Source of the DNA: Candidatus Nanosyncoccus sp. | Lineage (GTDB): Bacteria > Patescibacteriota > Saccharimonadia > Saccharimonadales > Saccharimonadaceae | DNA: 64,000 nt | NCBI GenBank assembly: GCA_045541215.1 | Contig: JAZQIR010000007.1 | Span: 79,167 to 143,166 of the forward strand | Direction of reading: 5' to 3' | Shown here: piece by piece, positions 50,047-59,975 of the stretch | Layout: every line of letters begins with the position of its first letter | Position numbering within the stretch: the stretch's first letter is position 1 | Position numbers and translations under genes: made by a program | The notes under the pieces: generated by a model | The model's input: only the letters and a program-made list of their open reading frames with translations | The model's database searches: none | What the model was told of the DNA's origin: nothing

Positions 50047-51125
50047 CCTAACAATCCTCCTTGATATATAATATACGGATCTATAATAGAACCCTCAATT
50101 GAATACCACATAAAGCCTGACAATAGCACAAAAATCAAAAATTCTAATATATGTATAATTTTCTGATCTTTATATTGTTCAAGTACTGCAGGAATTAATA
50201 TTACCAAAAAAATTGAATAAAATTGTAAACCACGCGCAAAGTTATCATTATAAAGCCCTATTATAGAAAAATAGATAGCAAATATCAAAGCAAAACAAGA
50301 AACCGAATCAATCTTGTTATTTATATTTTTAAAATTATAGAAGAAAAGCACAAGCAAAGAAATTCCCGCAAGTAACATAAACATGTTGTTCATTATCATA
50401 TCATGCCCTGCATATCCTTTGCCCATAGATGACATCATAGATATCACCACATTATTATATAAAACCCCAGACAGCAACAATAATGGCAAGCTCAGCAATA
50501 ATAATGCAATAAATTTATTTTTGGTTATATATTTTGTACGGGACAAAAACAACAAAGGAATTGCTATTATAGCAATCCTATGGAACCCAAATGCCATAAT
50601 GAAAGAGATTATTGAACCAATATATTTTTTCTTATCCAAAAGTATATACGACCACAATATCATCGATAACGCCAATGATTGTCTAATTATCCCAAAATCA
50701 TATACGAAAAATCCAAACGCCACAAAAATAACAAAACTTAGCCATGGCTTTTTAGAATATTTATAAATAAAATAACTAACACTACTAATATTTATCGCAG
50801 CACAAACAACCAAAAAAGCATGAAAGCTAAACCCAATATGCGATACTACCCAGTTAAAAACTGTGTATCCATTTTCATAAGAAAATGGATACACTAAATC
50901 TGCTATTCCAGAAATTCCAAGTCTAGAAAACATATCACCAAAATCTAAACCACTTATATATTTATATCCAGCAGAATAATTAGGCAAATCAACCCCTAAA
51001 GTAACGTCTCTAAGTGCCAATATTAAAAACAGTTGAAAAGCCACCAAAATTACAAAAAATTTTTTGTTTTTTATTAGTTTATAATAGATCGGTATAGTTA
51101 CAATATTGAATATATATACCCACAT
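50043..51125 (-). CDS. EpsG-family polysaccharide polymerase (Wzy)
   Basis: LR..TLGVD..NY, ENGY, IRQSLA, FHRIA; multi-TM. Confidence 0.85.
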   Translation of the reverse strand: MWVYIFNIVTIPIYYKLIKNKKFFVILVAFQLFLILALRDVTLGVDLPNYSAGYKYISGLDFGDMFSRLGISGIADLVYPFSYENGYTVFNWVVSHIGFSFHAFLVVCAAINISSVSYFIYKYSKKPWLSFVIFVAFGFFVYDFGIIRQSLALSMILWSYILLDKKKYIGSIISFIMAFGFHRIAIIAIPLLFLSRTKYITKNKFIALLLLSLPLLLLSGVLYNNVVISMMSSMGKGYAGHDMIMNNMFMLLAGISLLVLFFYNFKNINNKIDSVSCFALIFAIYFSIIGLYNDNFARGLQFYSIFLVILIPAVLEQYKDQKIIHILEFLIFVLLSGFMWYSIEGSIIDPYIIYQGGLLG

Positions 51126-51128
51126 ATC

Positions 51129-52229
51129 CTACTCCATGTCCCCATCCTCTATAGAGTTCAACTCATCCAAAAACGGTTTCATCGCTGTTTTTGGCAAATA
51201 CTTACTTGCTAACCGACTATTCTGTTCCGACATATCAACAAAAAGTTTCTTATCATGTGCTAATTTTATCATTGCTTGAGCAATTTCTCCAGGAGATCTT
51301 ATTCCAACTTTTATAGCATTTTTATTTTCTTCTAGAATCTCAAAATTATCATTCCAATCCGTAGCTATAACTGGAATAGATGCGAAAAGCGCATCTATCA
51401 GCACACCTGGGAATCCCTCACTATCCCAATACGTAGGAAAAAGCAAGGTGTCATAATTAGAAAGTACTTTAGGTGCATCATTAAAATCAACAGTTCCTTT
51501 ATAAGATAAAAACTTACGGTTATTCTTTAGTAAATCGTTAAATTCGTTTTCATAGCGTTTCTTAATATTTCCATATACATCAACATGATAAAATATATCG
51601 TTATCCGCAAAATTTGCCATTTTAATCGCAGTTACCGCATCTAAAATCCCCTTCTCTTTTATCACCCTACCAAACGTACAAACATTAAATTGTTTCTTTT
51701 TAGAATAGTCGATTTTCTTGGGTTTTTTAGCAAGATTTTTAAAATTCGGTATCACCTTTACGTTATTTATACCACGTTTTTTGTATTCTCTCATTATTCT
51801 ATCCGTTTCTACATAAATACCATTAAAACTTCTTGCATATTTTTTTAATTTTTTATTTTTATCAAAAAGCTTAAATCTTGAACCACCTATCACAAAATCA
51901 AATATTTTTCTCTTAAAGTATCTGTTAAATTTCACTATTATTGGAGATAATATTTTATATCCTCTAAAAGAAACCACCAATAAAATAACATCATTATTAT
52001 TCATAGCCTTATATATGCGCATAAAAATAATCACGGGATTTCTTTTCAAAAAATATGTATCTACTGTACTAACCACATAACCATATTTAACTAAAAAATT
52101 TTGTATCTCTTTTGTTTTTACAGTTTGGCCATCCGTAAATTTCTTATCACCACCAAAATGTCCTATTATACAAATCTTAATATTTCTTTTATTAGTCTCT
52201 ACCACTGCAACTACCTCAATACTAACCAA
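51129..52229 (-). CDS. Glycosyltransferase family 4
   Basis: GRV..EKGI, LFPTYW.SEGFPGVLIDA. Confidence 0.9.
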   Translation of the reverse strand: MVSIEVVAVVETNKRNIKICIIGHFGGDKKFTDGQTVKTKEIQNFLVKYGYVVSTVDTYFLKRNPVIIFMRIYKAMNNNDVILLVVSFRGYKILSPIIVKFNRYFKRKIFDFVIGGSRFKLFDKNKKLKKYARSFNGIYVETDRIMREYKKRGINNVKVIPNFKNLAKKPKKIDYSKKKQFNVCTFGRVIKEKGILDAVTAIKMANFADNDIFYHVDVYGNIKKRYENEFNDLLKNNRKFLSYKGTVDFNDAPKVLSNYDTLLFPTYWDSEGFPGVLIDALFASIPVIATDWNDNFEILEENKNAIKVGIRSPGEIAQAMIKLAHDKKLFVDMSEQNSRLASKYLPKTAMKPFLDELNSIEDGDME

Positions 52230-53173
52230 GAAATTATTTTTGATAAATAATAATTAGGGTATATTAACCAACGCAAAAAAAATCGTTTTTTTGCCGACAA
52301 ACAAGACTTAAAAAACTCAGTATTATTGTTTGAAAAATAACGATTCTTTTTTAAAATTTTCTTTGCATCATAATAAATTTTCTTTTGACTATTTTTACTA
52401 GCTACAGCCATTAAAATCAAATTATAATACAGATACGAATAAAAGAAATAGTTTTGAATATCTTTTTGTAGTTTATTCTCTTGTGCATATATATACTTAG
52501 TATAATTATCTAAAACTACCCGTTCAAACCAAGCAACATTATTATAGTTAGTAGAAAACGATTCATGCCCTACACGATAATTATATAATGGCGTATCAAT
52601 TGTCAAAATCTTATTCGTACTAGCTAGCATAATTGCAAAAGCATTTTCTCCCATCATCAAAAAAAGCTTGCTAACTTTCGTTTTTTTAACCAAATCACTC
52701 TTTATAATCTTATTCCAAGGAACCGTATTTCTAGCAATAAAACGCCAATCATTTTTGCCCACATATGGACGGTACCAAACATCCTTATTCTGTATTTTTT
52801 TCGGGAAAAAATTATAATTACAAATTACTATATCACAATTATTATCCTCTGCTTTCTTTACCATTTCTTCATATGCATTTATTTCCAAAAAATCATCGCT
52901 ATCTATACAGGTTATATATTTACCAGACGCTTTTTTATAACCCTCTGCCCGTGCCACATTCACACCTCTATTCTTTTGATCAATAATCACAAATCGTTTA
53001 TCATTCTTCGCAAAATCTTTTAAAATATCTAACGAACCATCCGTCGAGCCGTCGTTTACGCAAATAACTTCCAAATCTTTAAAAGTTTGGTTCTGCACAG
53101 ATTCCAAACATTCACGAAGATATTTTTCTGCGTTATATACTGGTATAATTACCGAAATCGCCGGACGTTTCAC
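52211..53173 (-). CDS. Glycosyltransferase family 2
   Basis: ISVIIPVYN, VNDGSTDGS, CIDSDD. Confidence 0.92.
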   Translation of the reverse strand: MKRPAISVIIPVYNAEKYLRECLESVQNQTFKDLEVICVNDGSTDGSLDILKDFAKNDKRFVIIDQKNRGVNVARAEGYKKASGKYITCIDSDDFLEINAYEEMVKKAEDNNCDIVICNYNFFPKKIQNKDVWYRPYVGKNDWRFIARNTVPWNKIIKSDLVKKTKVSKLFLMMGENAFAIMLASTNKILTIDTPLYNYRVGHESFSTNYNNVAWFERVVLDNYTKYIYAQENKLQKDIQNYFFYSYLYYNLILMAVASKNSQKKIYYDAKKILKKNRYFSNNNTEFFKSCLSAKKRFFLRWLIYPNYYLSKIISWLVLR

Positions 53174-53955
53174 CCCACCCTCCTCTTCACTGCATTAAAA
53201 CAGTACCACGAAAAACAATGTAAGCTCTTCAAAATATTCAAATGCTCCACATTACGATAAAGATTCCAGGTTCTTTTAAGCGCAGTTAATTTATTAGAAG
53301 ACAAGCTCCCATCGCTTCTCCGATAAATCGCCAACACTTCATTCAAACCATACGCTTTATCTATCTTCTTAAGTACTTTCCACCATGTCGCCGTATCTTG
53401 TCCACGCCTCACATCTGGCATCTCAATATCCGCTTTACTAAGCTTCCCCATATCAAACATCACCGTACTCGTCCAAATCGTCGTATTCTTAAGTGCCTGT
53501 CTATAAGAAATCGTCGCTGGCACATGCACCACTTTTCCATTTGGCCGTCCAGAAGCATCGGCAAACACATACCCAGCAAAAGCAAATTCTGCCCCCGTCT
53601 CTTTCATAAAAGCTAATTGTTTTTCCAATTTCTCTGGTTGCCAAAGATCATCCGCATCAATAAAACAAATATACTTGCCTTTACTCTTTTTTATTCCACA
53701 ATTTCTTGCCTTTGCCGCACCACCGTTCTTTTTAAGCGCAACTGTCTTAATCTTCTTAGAAGAAAATTGTTTTATCACCTTCAAAGTATCATCAGAAGAA
53801 CAGTCATCTACAATAATCAATTCCCAATTTCCGTAAGTCTGACCCAAAACCGAATGAATCGTATCATCAATAAACTTTGCCCCATTATAAACCGGCATCA
53901 CAATACTCACAAGCGGTTTTTCATTAACACCAACTCTAGATAGTTTTTTTACCAT
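53170..53955 (-). CDS. Glycosyltransferase family 2
   Basis: VSIVMPVYN, VDDCSSD, FIDADDLW..EKLEKQ. Confidence 0.92.
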   Translation of the reverse strand: MVKKLSRVGVNEKPLVSIVMPVYNGAKFIDDTIHSVLGQTYGNWELIIVDDCSSDDTLKVIKQFSSKKIKTVALKKNGGAAKARNCGIKKSKGKYICFIDADDLWQPEKLEKQLAFMKETGAEFAFAGYVFADASGRPNGKVVHVPATISYRQALKNTTIWTSTVMFDMGKLSKADIEMPDVRRGQDTATWWKVLKKIDKAYGLNEVLAIYRRSDGSLSSNKLTALKRTWNLYRNVEHLNILKSLHCFSWYCFNAVKRRVG

Positions 53956-54187
53956 ACTTCAAAATATTTCCACACTAAAATTATTTAACTCTATCTTTAA
54001 TTATACCACCAAACCCCTATTTTAGTCAACTAACCGCAACCGCTACACACCTCCTAGACCGCAACCGCTACCACTAGGACCCGTAGCAACCAAGCCTAGC
54101 AATCTCAACCCCTTACATATGCCCATATGCGTTCAATAATCCCCACACTCATTTCCCCAACCCCACACACAAAATTTTCACAAAACA

Positions 54188-55495
54188 CTAAACCAAATAC
54201 CTTTTCCACCATTCTCCCGCCATCCCCGCAAGATATATTGGTAAATTTAGTAGTCCATCATCATATTTTAACGGCTTCAGAGAAAACCGAACCGCTAACT
54301 TTGACTGATATTTATCCCGAAACACTCTTAAACTCTTTGCTTTTACATTCATTCCACTCTTTACCTCTATTGGCACCACCGCACCACTGAGTTCAGTTAC
54401 AAAATCCACCTCCGCGTTCGCTTCTGAACTCCAGTAGTACATTGGATATTTCTCTGCCATTTGTTGCAACACAAATTGCTCTACAAAAAACCCACTAAAC
54501 TCACTAAACAAGACTTCATCGCTCATTACAATCTCAGAACTCGCCCCGGCAAGATGCCAAAAAAGCCCCACATCCAAAAAATACAATTTAAATGCTGTTC
54601 TGTCAACATACGCTTTTAGGGGCAGTCTATCCCCCACCTTTAATCGCTCCACCTTCCGTACTATTTTGCAATCCACCAACCACTGCACCGCTAACTCATA
54701 TTCTCTAGCTCTTGCTCCTTCACGAACCACATTGAACATAAATTTTTCATTCCGTTTTGCAAATTGCGCCGGCAAACTATCCCACACCTGACGAATTCGT
54801 ATCGTCATTGTAGGATCCGTATGCTTAGAAATATCATTAAGATACGCCAGCAAAATCAGATTTTGAATTTTATCCACTTCTGCATAATCATGATTATTCA
54901 CCCAAGCCATTACTGCTTCTGGCATCCCTCCAACCACCAAATATTCGCGAAACAATGTTTCTAACTTGTCCGCAAAAATGTTCAAATTATCTTTATCATT
55001 AATAATACTAAGAAATCTCTCATTTCCAGTTGCAATCATAAACTCTTCAAAGTCAAACGGACCAAGTTCCAGTACATCCACTTTTCCCACAGGGAAAGAA
55101 GTGCCCTCATGCAGAGCCACCCCAAGCAGGCTACCAGACGCCGCCACAAAATATTCAGGTGCATCTTCACAAAAATATTTTAACGCCGTCAATGCTCTTG
55201 GTATTTCTTGTATTTCATCAAATATTATCAAGGTCCGCGCCATATCAATCTTCTTACCAATAATTGTCTCCAATTTTTCAATGATATCGCCTGGCTTAAC
55301 CGAATTTTTAAAAACCACTTCATATTTTTCCCGTTCCGCATCCAAGTTCAAATATACCACTTCTTCAAATTCATTTTTTGCAAATTCCTTCAAAAGATAT
55401 GTCTTTCCCACCTGACGAGCCCCCGTCACAAGTAATGGCTTTCTCTCTTCACCAACTTTCCATTTGAGCAATTTTTCATACGCTTTTCGTCTCAT
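54188..55495 (-). CDS. AAA family ATPase with DUF4143 domain
   Basis: GARQVGKT, FDEIQE, KLYFLDVGL, EVDFV, PIEVKSG. Confidence 0.9.
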   Translation of the reverse strand: MRRKAYEKLLKWKVGEERKPLLVTGARQVGKTYLLKEFAKNEFEEVVYLNLDAEREKYEVVFKNSVKPGDIIEKLETIIGKKIDMARTLIIFDEIQEIPRALTALKYFCEDAPEYFVAASGSLLGVALHEGTSFPVGKVDVLELGPFDFEEFMIATGNERFLSIINDKDNLNIFADKLETLFREYLVVGGMPEAVMAWVNNHDYAEVDKIQNLILLAYLNDISKHTDPTMTIRIRQVWDSLPAQFAKRNEKFMFNVVREGARAREYELAVQWLVDCKIVRKVERLKVGDRLPLKAYVDRTAFKLYFLDVGLFWHLAGASSEIVMSDEVLFSEFSGFFVEQFVLQQMAEKYPMYYWSSEANAEVDFVTELSGAVVPIEVKSGMNVKAKSLRVFRDKYQSKLAVRFSLKPLKYDDGLLNLPIYLAGMAGEWWKRYLV

Positions 55496-55545
55496 AAATA
55501 CTCCTTATTTTTATTTTACTATATTTTCGGTTATTTTCAAGAGTA

Positions 55546-55601
55546 TTTACACATTTTTCGACCCAAAAACGTGTAATTTTACACATTTTTCGACCCAAAA
55601 A
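55546..55601. repeat. 24-bp direct repeat x2 upstream of the AAA-DUF4143 gene
   Basis: TTTACACATTTTTCGACCCAAAAA at 55546 and 55578; palindrome GTGTAA-tt-TTACAC at 55571-55584. Confidence 0.85.
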
Positions 55602-55647
55602 GTATGCTCAAAAATCTCTTTTACTACAGTTAATGGGCTAGACCGAA

Positions 55648-56376
55648 CTAAGCCCCCCTCCTCAAACTCCGAATATCGTCCATCACCCCCTCTTTACCAG
55701 CATCCACATCTGAGCCGGCGAGGACCGTCTTGATGGTTAAAAGTACAATCTTCACATCCTGCAAAAAAGAAAAGTTATTCACATAAGTCAGATCGTATCC
55801 AATCTTTTGAAAAATCGAAATCCCATTTCTTCCTTTTACTTGCGCCAAACCAGTAATCCCAGGCAACACCTTACCTCGCTTTCTCTCTTCTTCATTCATG
55901 TTAGTCCAATATTCCATCACCCACGGCCTTGGTCCCACAAAAGACATCTGCCCCATCAATACGTTAAATAGCTGCGGCAGCTCATCAATCGAAAATCGTC
56001 TTAATGTCTTCCCTACTTTAGTATACTTATCCGAACAAGACACATCTCTCATATCGTTATCAGAAACCATACTTCTAAACTTAAAAATCTTAAACAATTT
56101 GCCATTCCTACCAACTCGTTCTTGCTTGAACAATACCGGCCCAGGACTATCAATCTTAATAATAATTGCCACTATTATAAAAACTGGGAAGAGCAACGCC
56201 AAAAGAAACAATGCCAAAACAAAATCTAGAACTCTCTTTATAGCAAAATATGTATAAAATCGCACTGAACGTAAAGTTTCAAAAAAAGAAACCGACAAAA
56301 TTCCCCACGCAGGCTTTACTGTCACCGATTCCTGATTTATAGATTTTGGACTAGTCTTTGACACTTTCTCTCCCAA
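55648..56376 (-). CDS. Sugar transferase (Bac_transf, priming-type)
   Basis: KRVLD, FKFRSM, SIDELPQL, PGITGLAQVKGR. Confidence 0.92.
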   Translation of the reverse strand: MGEKVSKTSPKSINQESVTVKPAWGILSVSFFETLRSVRFYTYFAIKRVLDFVLALFLLALLFPVFIIVAIIIKIDSPGPVLFKQERVGRNGKLFKIFKFRSMVSDNDMRDVSCSDKYTKVGKTLRRFSIDELPQLFNVLMGQMSFVGPRPWVMEYWTNMNEEERKRGKVLPGITGLAQVKGRNGISIFQKIGYDLTYVNNFSFLQDVKIVLLTIKTVLAGSDVDAGKEGVMDDIRSLRRGA

Positions 56377-56527
56377 CTTATCCTGTCACCAAACAGGCTG
56401 CCACTTTTAGTTTATCCCAAACTATTTGGTTATATTCTAACAAAATAGTTTAAATCCGTCAACCAAAAGCACAATCATCAAAAGTATAATCCCAATACAA
56501 CCCATAAAGCGGTTAGGTTAAAAACTA

Positions 56528-58045
56528 CTACTTTGCGTATTCTACTGCTCTAGTTTCTCTAATCACATTTACTTTAATTACGCCAGGATAGCTCATTGTA
56601 GCTTCAATCTTATTAGCAATATCGCGCGCCAATTTGAGAGCTGACAAATCATCAATTTGCTTTGGTTCTACAATCACCCGAATTTCACGCCCAGCCGAAA
56701 TTGCATAAGCCTTATCAATACCCGGGAACGATGTAGCGATATTCTCAAGATCTCGCATTCTTTCCGCAAAGTTCTCCGCCGAAATATTGCGTGCCCCTGG
56801 TCTAGCCGCACTCATTGCATCACAAATCTTTACAATCACTGCTTCAGGTGTAGTTGGTTCGATATCGTCATGATGGGCTGCAATCGCATGTACAACTTCA
56901 TCTGGCATACCATATTTTTTAGCGAGTTCTGCGCCAATTTCTGCATGTTTGCCCTCAATTTTATGTGTCACTGCTTTACCCATATCATGCATTAGAGCTG
57001 CCGTTTTTGCTATTCTTTTGTCTGCACCAATTTCTTCAGCAATCATTCCTGCTACATGCGCCATTTCAATCGAATGCAAAAGCACATTTTGCCCATAAGA
57101 CGTACGGAACTTCAACTCACCAAGAAGATGTACCAACTCTCGTGGAATCCCTACCAAGCCAACTTCCCTTACAGCGTCTTCACCAGCACGCATTACTTCT
57201 TTTTCAATTTCTTTCTCGCCCTTTGCTACTGCTTCTTCTATTGAAGCCGGATTCACCCGACCATCTTTCATCAAGCGCTCCAAGGCATAACGAGCCACTT
57301 GTCGTCTAATCGGATCAAACGAAGACAAAACCACCATTCCAGGTGTATCGTCCACCAAAATATCCACACCAGTCGCGCGTTGCAAAGCCTGAATGTTCCT
57401 ACCTTCCTTACCGATAATTCTTCCCTTCATGTCATCATCCGGGAGTTTCAAAGCAGTCACGGTTCTGTCTGCAGTTACTTCAGACGACATCCTTTCCATT
57501 GCAGTTAAGAGAATTGCTTGCGCAGTTTCATCTACATCATGTTTGATTTCTTTTTGCTCTTTAGCTACTAAATTCACCAAATCCTGTTTAATATCGTTTT
57601 CGGTCATCTTCATCAACTTATCACGAGCTTCAGTCTTAGAAAGACCTGCAATTTTCTCTAATTTTTCGTGCTGTTTATTGCGAATTTCCCTAACTTCATT
57701 TTTCAAATCTTCTAATTCTTTTTCTTCATTTGCTAATTTTTCTGTCTTCTTTTCTAGCTGGTCCAACTTTGCGTCTAAACTATTCTCACGCTCAGTCAAA
57801 CGATTCTCGGTTTTTTTCCATTCTTTACGACGCTCGTTTTCTTCTGTTTGATTTTTCTCGGTAATAGAAGAAGCCTCTTTCCTAGCGGTCAAGACAATCT
57901 CCGACGCTTCTCTTTTAGCTTTTCGAACTAAATCATCAGCTTTATCTTTGCCACCATTCTCATTATGTTTATTATAAGCAAAAATTCCTCCTGCGCCAAC
58001 CGCAAGTCCAGCCACGGCGGCAACAATTGGGATTATAATTTCCAT
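56528..58045 (-). CDS. rny: Ribonuclease Y
   Basis: N-terminal TM and coiled coil; KH (GRIIGKEGRNI); HD (LMHDMGK); DAMSAARPGAR. Confidence 0.97.
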   Translation of the reverse strand: MEIIIPIVAAVAGLAVGAGGIFAYNKHNENGGKDKADDLVRKAKREASEIVLTARKEASSITEKNQTEENERRKEWKKTENRLTERENSLDAKLDQLEKKTEKLANEEKELEDLKNEVREIRNKQHEKLEKIAGLSKTEARDKLMKMTENDIKQDLVNLVAKEQKEIKHDVDETAQAILLTAMERMSSEVTADRTVTALKLPDDDMKGRIIGKEGRNIQALQRATGVDILVDDTPGMVVLSSFDPIRRQVARYALERLMKDGRVNPASIEEAVAKGEKEIEKEVMRAGEDAVREVGLVGIPRELVHLLGELKFRTSYGQNVLLHSIEMAHVAGMIAEEIGADKRIAKTAALMHDMGKAVTHKIEGKHAEIGAELAKKYGMPDEVVHAIAAHHDDIEPTTPEAVIVKICDAMSAARPGARNISAENFAERMRDLENIATSFPGIDKAYAISAGREIRVIVEPKQIDDLSALKLARDIANKIEATMSYPGVIKVNVIRETRAVEYAK

Positions 58046-58181
58046 AAATTCCCTTTCTAATTGTTTTTGTCGATATTTTCCTCTATATCAACGGGTTAAC
58101 AAATAACATCAAATTAAATAATTTCCACTCCTATTATACCACATTCCGAGCAAAATAAAACCAAAACCGCTTAAAGCACAA

Positions 58182-58400
58182 CTAGGCAGCAATCCTCATC
58201 TCTACCGCGCCAGTAGATACATTTCTCACTACAAGATCTACCCCGTTACATGCCCTTTCAATTTTGTGTGTCACCCATCCAGATGAGTTTCTCACCACCA
58301 AAGAATTAGATAAAAGACTTCCTTCAATATGCGCCGAAGTTCCATCAGGCGCCCGATAAATCACTCCATTCCTTACTAGCATATCCTCCAGATATCCCAT
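58182..58400 (-). CDS. Small hypothetical protein (72 aa)
   Basis: GGAGG RBS before ATG 58400 (MGYLEDML...). Confidence 0.6.
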   Translation of the reverse strand: MGYLEDMLVRNGVIYRAPDGTSAHIEGSLLSNSLVVRNSSGWVTHKIERACNGVDLVVRNVSTGAVEMRIAA

Positions 58401-58592
58401 TTTTACCTCCACTTTATTTTTCTTCATTTTAACCTTCAAAAAAATAAAAAACAAGCATAACCAAAATCTCATCAGATTACACAAAAAGTTTTTTTTACAA
58501 CATTATTTTAGATTAAAAATACCATTATTAGACTAAAAATATCACTAGCCTAAAAGCATCGTCGATAAATCAAAGTATCATTAAATCAAAAA

Positions 58593-59498
58593 CTATCTTC
58601 CAAATATTCCGCGTTTTTTAGCCGATTTAAATTCTTCCAAAAGCTCTTTTTGTTTTCTAGATAGATTCCTAGGTGTTTCCACTAAAATCGTCACAATATG
58701 TGGGCCTCTATCACCGTCATTCCTAAATGGCACTCCATGCCCAGACAATTTAAACGGCGTACCGCTCTGCGTACCTGCTGGCACTTTCATAGTCACCACT
58801 CCGTCCACCGTCAAAACTTCCACCTCACACCCAAGTGCCGCATCCACCATGTCAATTGTCTGCTCCGATAAGATAATTGCGCCTTCACGAGTCAAAGATT
58901 TATGTGGTTTAACTCGTATTCGCACGTACAAATCGCCTGGCTCCGAACCACCCTCAGGAGCTGGGCCACCTTTGCCACGAAGTTTTATACTCATTCCATC
59001 ATCAATCCCAGCCGGAATTTTTACTTTTATATTTTCACCATTATGATCAATGTCTTTGGTCGTACCAAAAATTGCCTCTTCAAAAGTCAAGGTCACTGTA
59101 GTCTGATAATCTGCACCTTTCCTAGGTCTCCTTGGCCCTCCAAAACCAAACAAACTACCCAAAATATCATCAAACACACCCCCACCACCAAAGTCAAAGT
59201 TAAACGACTGACCATTGTAATTAAAACCGCCACCAAACGGGTTGCCACCGCCAAACCCACCAGCGCCACCACCCACACCAGCATGTCCAAACTGGTCATA
59301 ACGCGCTCGTTTTTGTTTATCAGAAAGCACGTCATGTGCCTCGTTAATTTCTTTAAACTTAGCTTCGGCTGTCTTATCACCAGGATTCTTGTCTGGATGA
59401 TACTTGATTGCTAATTTTCGGTAAGCCTTTTTTATTTCATCATCAGAAGCATTTTTTGATACTCCTAAAACTTCATAGTAATCACGTTTTTCCGCCAT
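58593..59498 (-). CDS. dnaJ: DnaJ-class chaperone lacking the zinc-finger domain
   Basis: [15 protein letters not shown] motif, G/F-rich linker, C-terminal domain; no CxxCxGxG repeats. Confidence 0.93.
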   Translation of the reverse strand: MAEKRDYYEVLGVSKNASDDEIKKAYRKLAIKYHPDKNPGDKTAEAKFKEINEAHDVLSDKQKRARYDQFGHAGVGGGAGGFGGGNPFGGGFNYNGQSFNFDFGGGGVFDDILGSLFGFGGPRRPRKGADYQTTVTLTFEEAIFGTTKDIDHNGENIKVKIPAGIDDGMSIKLRGKGGPAPEGGSEPGDLYVRIRVKPHKSLTREGAIILSEQTIDMVDAALGCEVEVLTVDGVVTMKVPAGTQSGTPFKLSGHGVPFRNDGDRGPHIVTILVETPRNLSRKQKELLEEFKSAKKRGIFGR

Positions 59499-59518
59499 AA
59501 TACATCTATTATACATTA

Positions 59519-59545
59519 CTAGCACTCAAAAAGCAAGAGTGCCAA
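59519..59545. promoter_or_regulatory. CIRCE element upstream of dnaJ
   Basis: CTAGCACTC-N9-GAGTGCCAA, arms identical to the dnaK-proximal copy. Confidence 0.9.
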
Positions 59546-59842
59546 CCCAAACTTTCCAAGTATTGTAAAAATTACAATACTTAAACTTGACATTTATGCA
59601 CAAGTTTGTTATAATTAGGAAAAGATTGGTTAATAGCCACGACACCCCAGACCCAAAAATCTGGGGAATATTATTTCTTAAATACATCAAAAAAACACCC
59701 TCAATCACGATTAAATAATATTGTAAAAATTACAATACTATTTTTAACATAAAGATGATAATTATGATACAATTAAAGTGCGATAATTAAATATGTATAT
59801 CAAAGGCAGCCAATTTTTATAGAAAAATAATTTGGCAGTCAA

Positions 59843-59944
59843 ATACAACATAGAAATGGCATCATGAGGAAGTCAAAATGTTGTATCTGGCAATGCCCGA
59901 TATACATGTTTGATTATCGCACCTCGTGGTGCCATTTTTGTAAT
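59843..59944 (+). ncRNA. Candidate structured cis-regulatory RNA, copy 2
   Basis: Helix 59843-59851/59878-59886 and 18-bp helix 59852-59869/59922-59939 with G-U pairs; shares TAGAAAT, GATTAT and ATTTTTGTAAT with copy 1. Confidence 0.55.
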
Positions 59945-59975
59945 GGTATCACCTATAAATCATAAGTGAGGTACC

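Noticed and set aside
54033-54071. ACCGCAACCGCTAC direct repeat x2
   Set aside because: Short, intergenic, with no further copies or structure seen.
58182-58200. C-terminal MRIAA resembling an SsrA-type degron
   Set aside because: Three residues are too little evidence.
59865-59874. TGAGGAAGTC resembling the RNase P GAGGAAAGUCC motif
   Set aside because: Imperfect match; the region is too short and lacks other RNase P elements.
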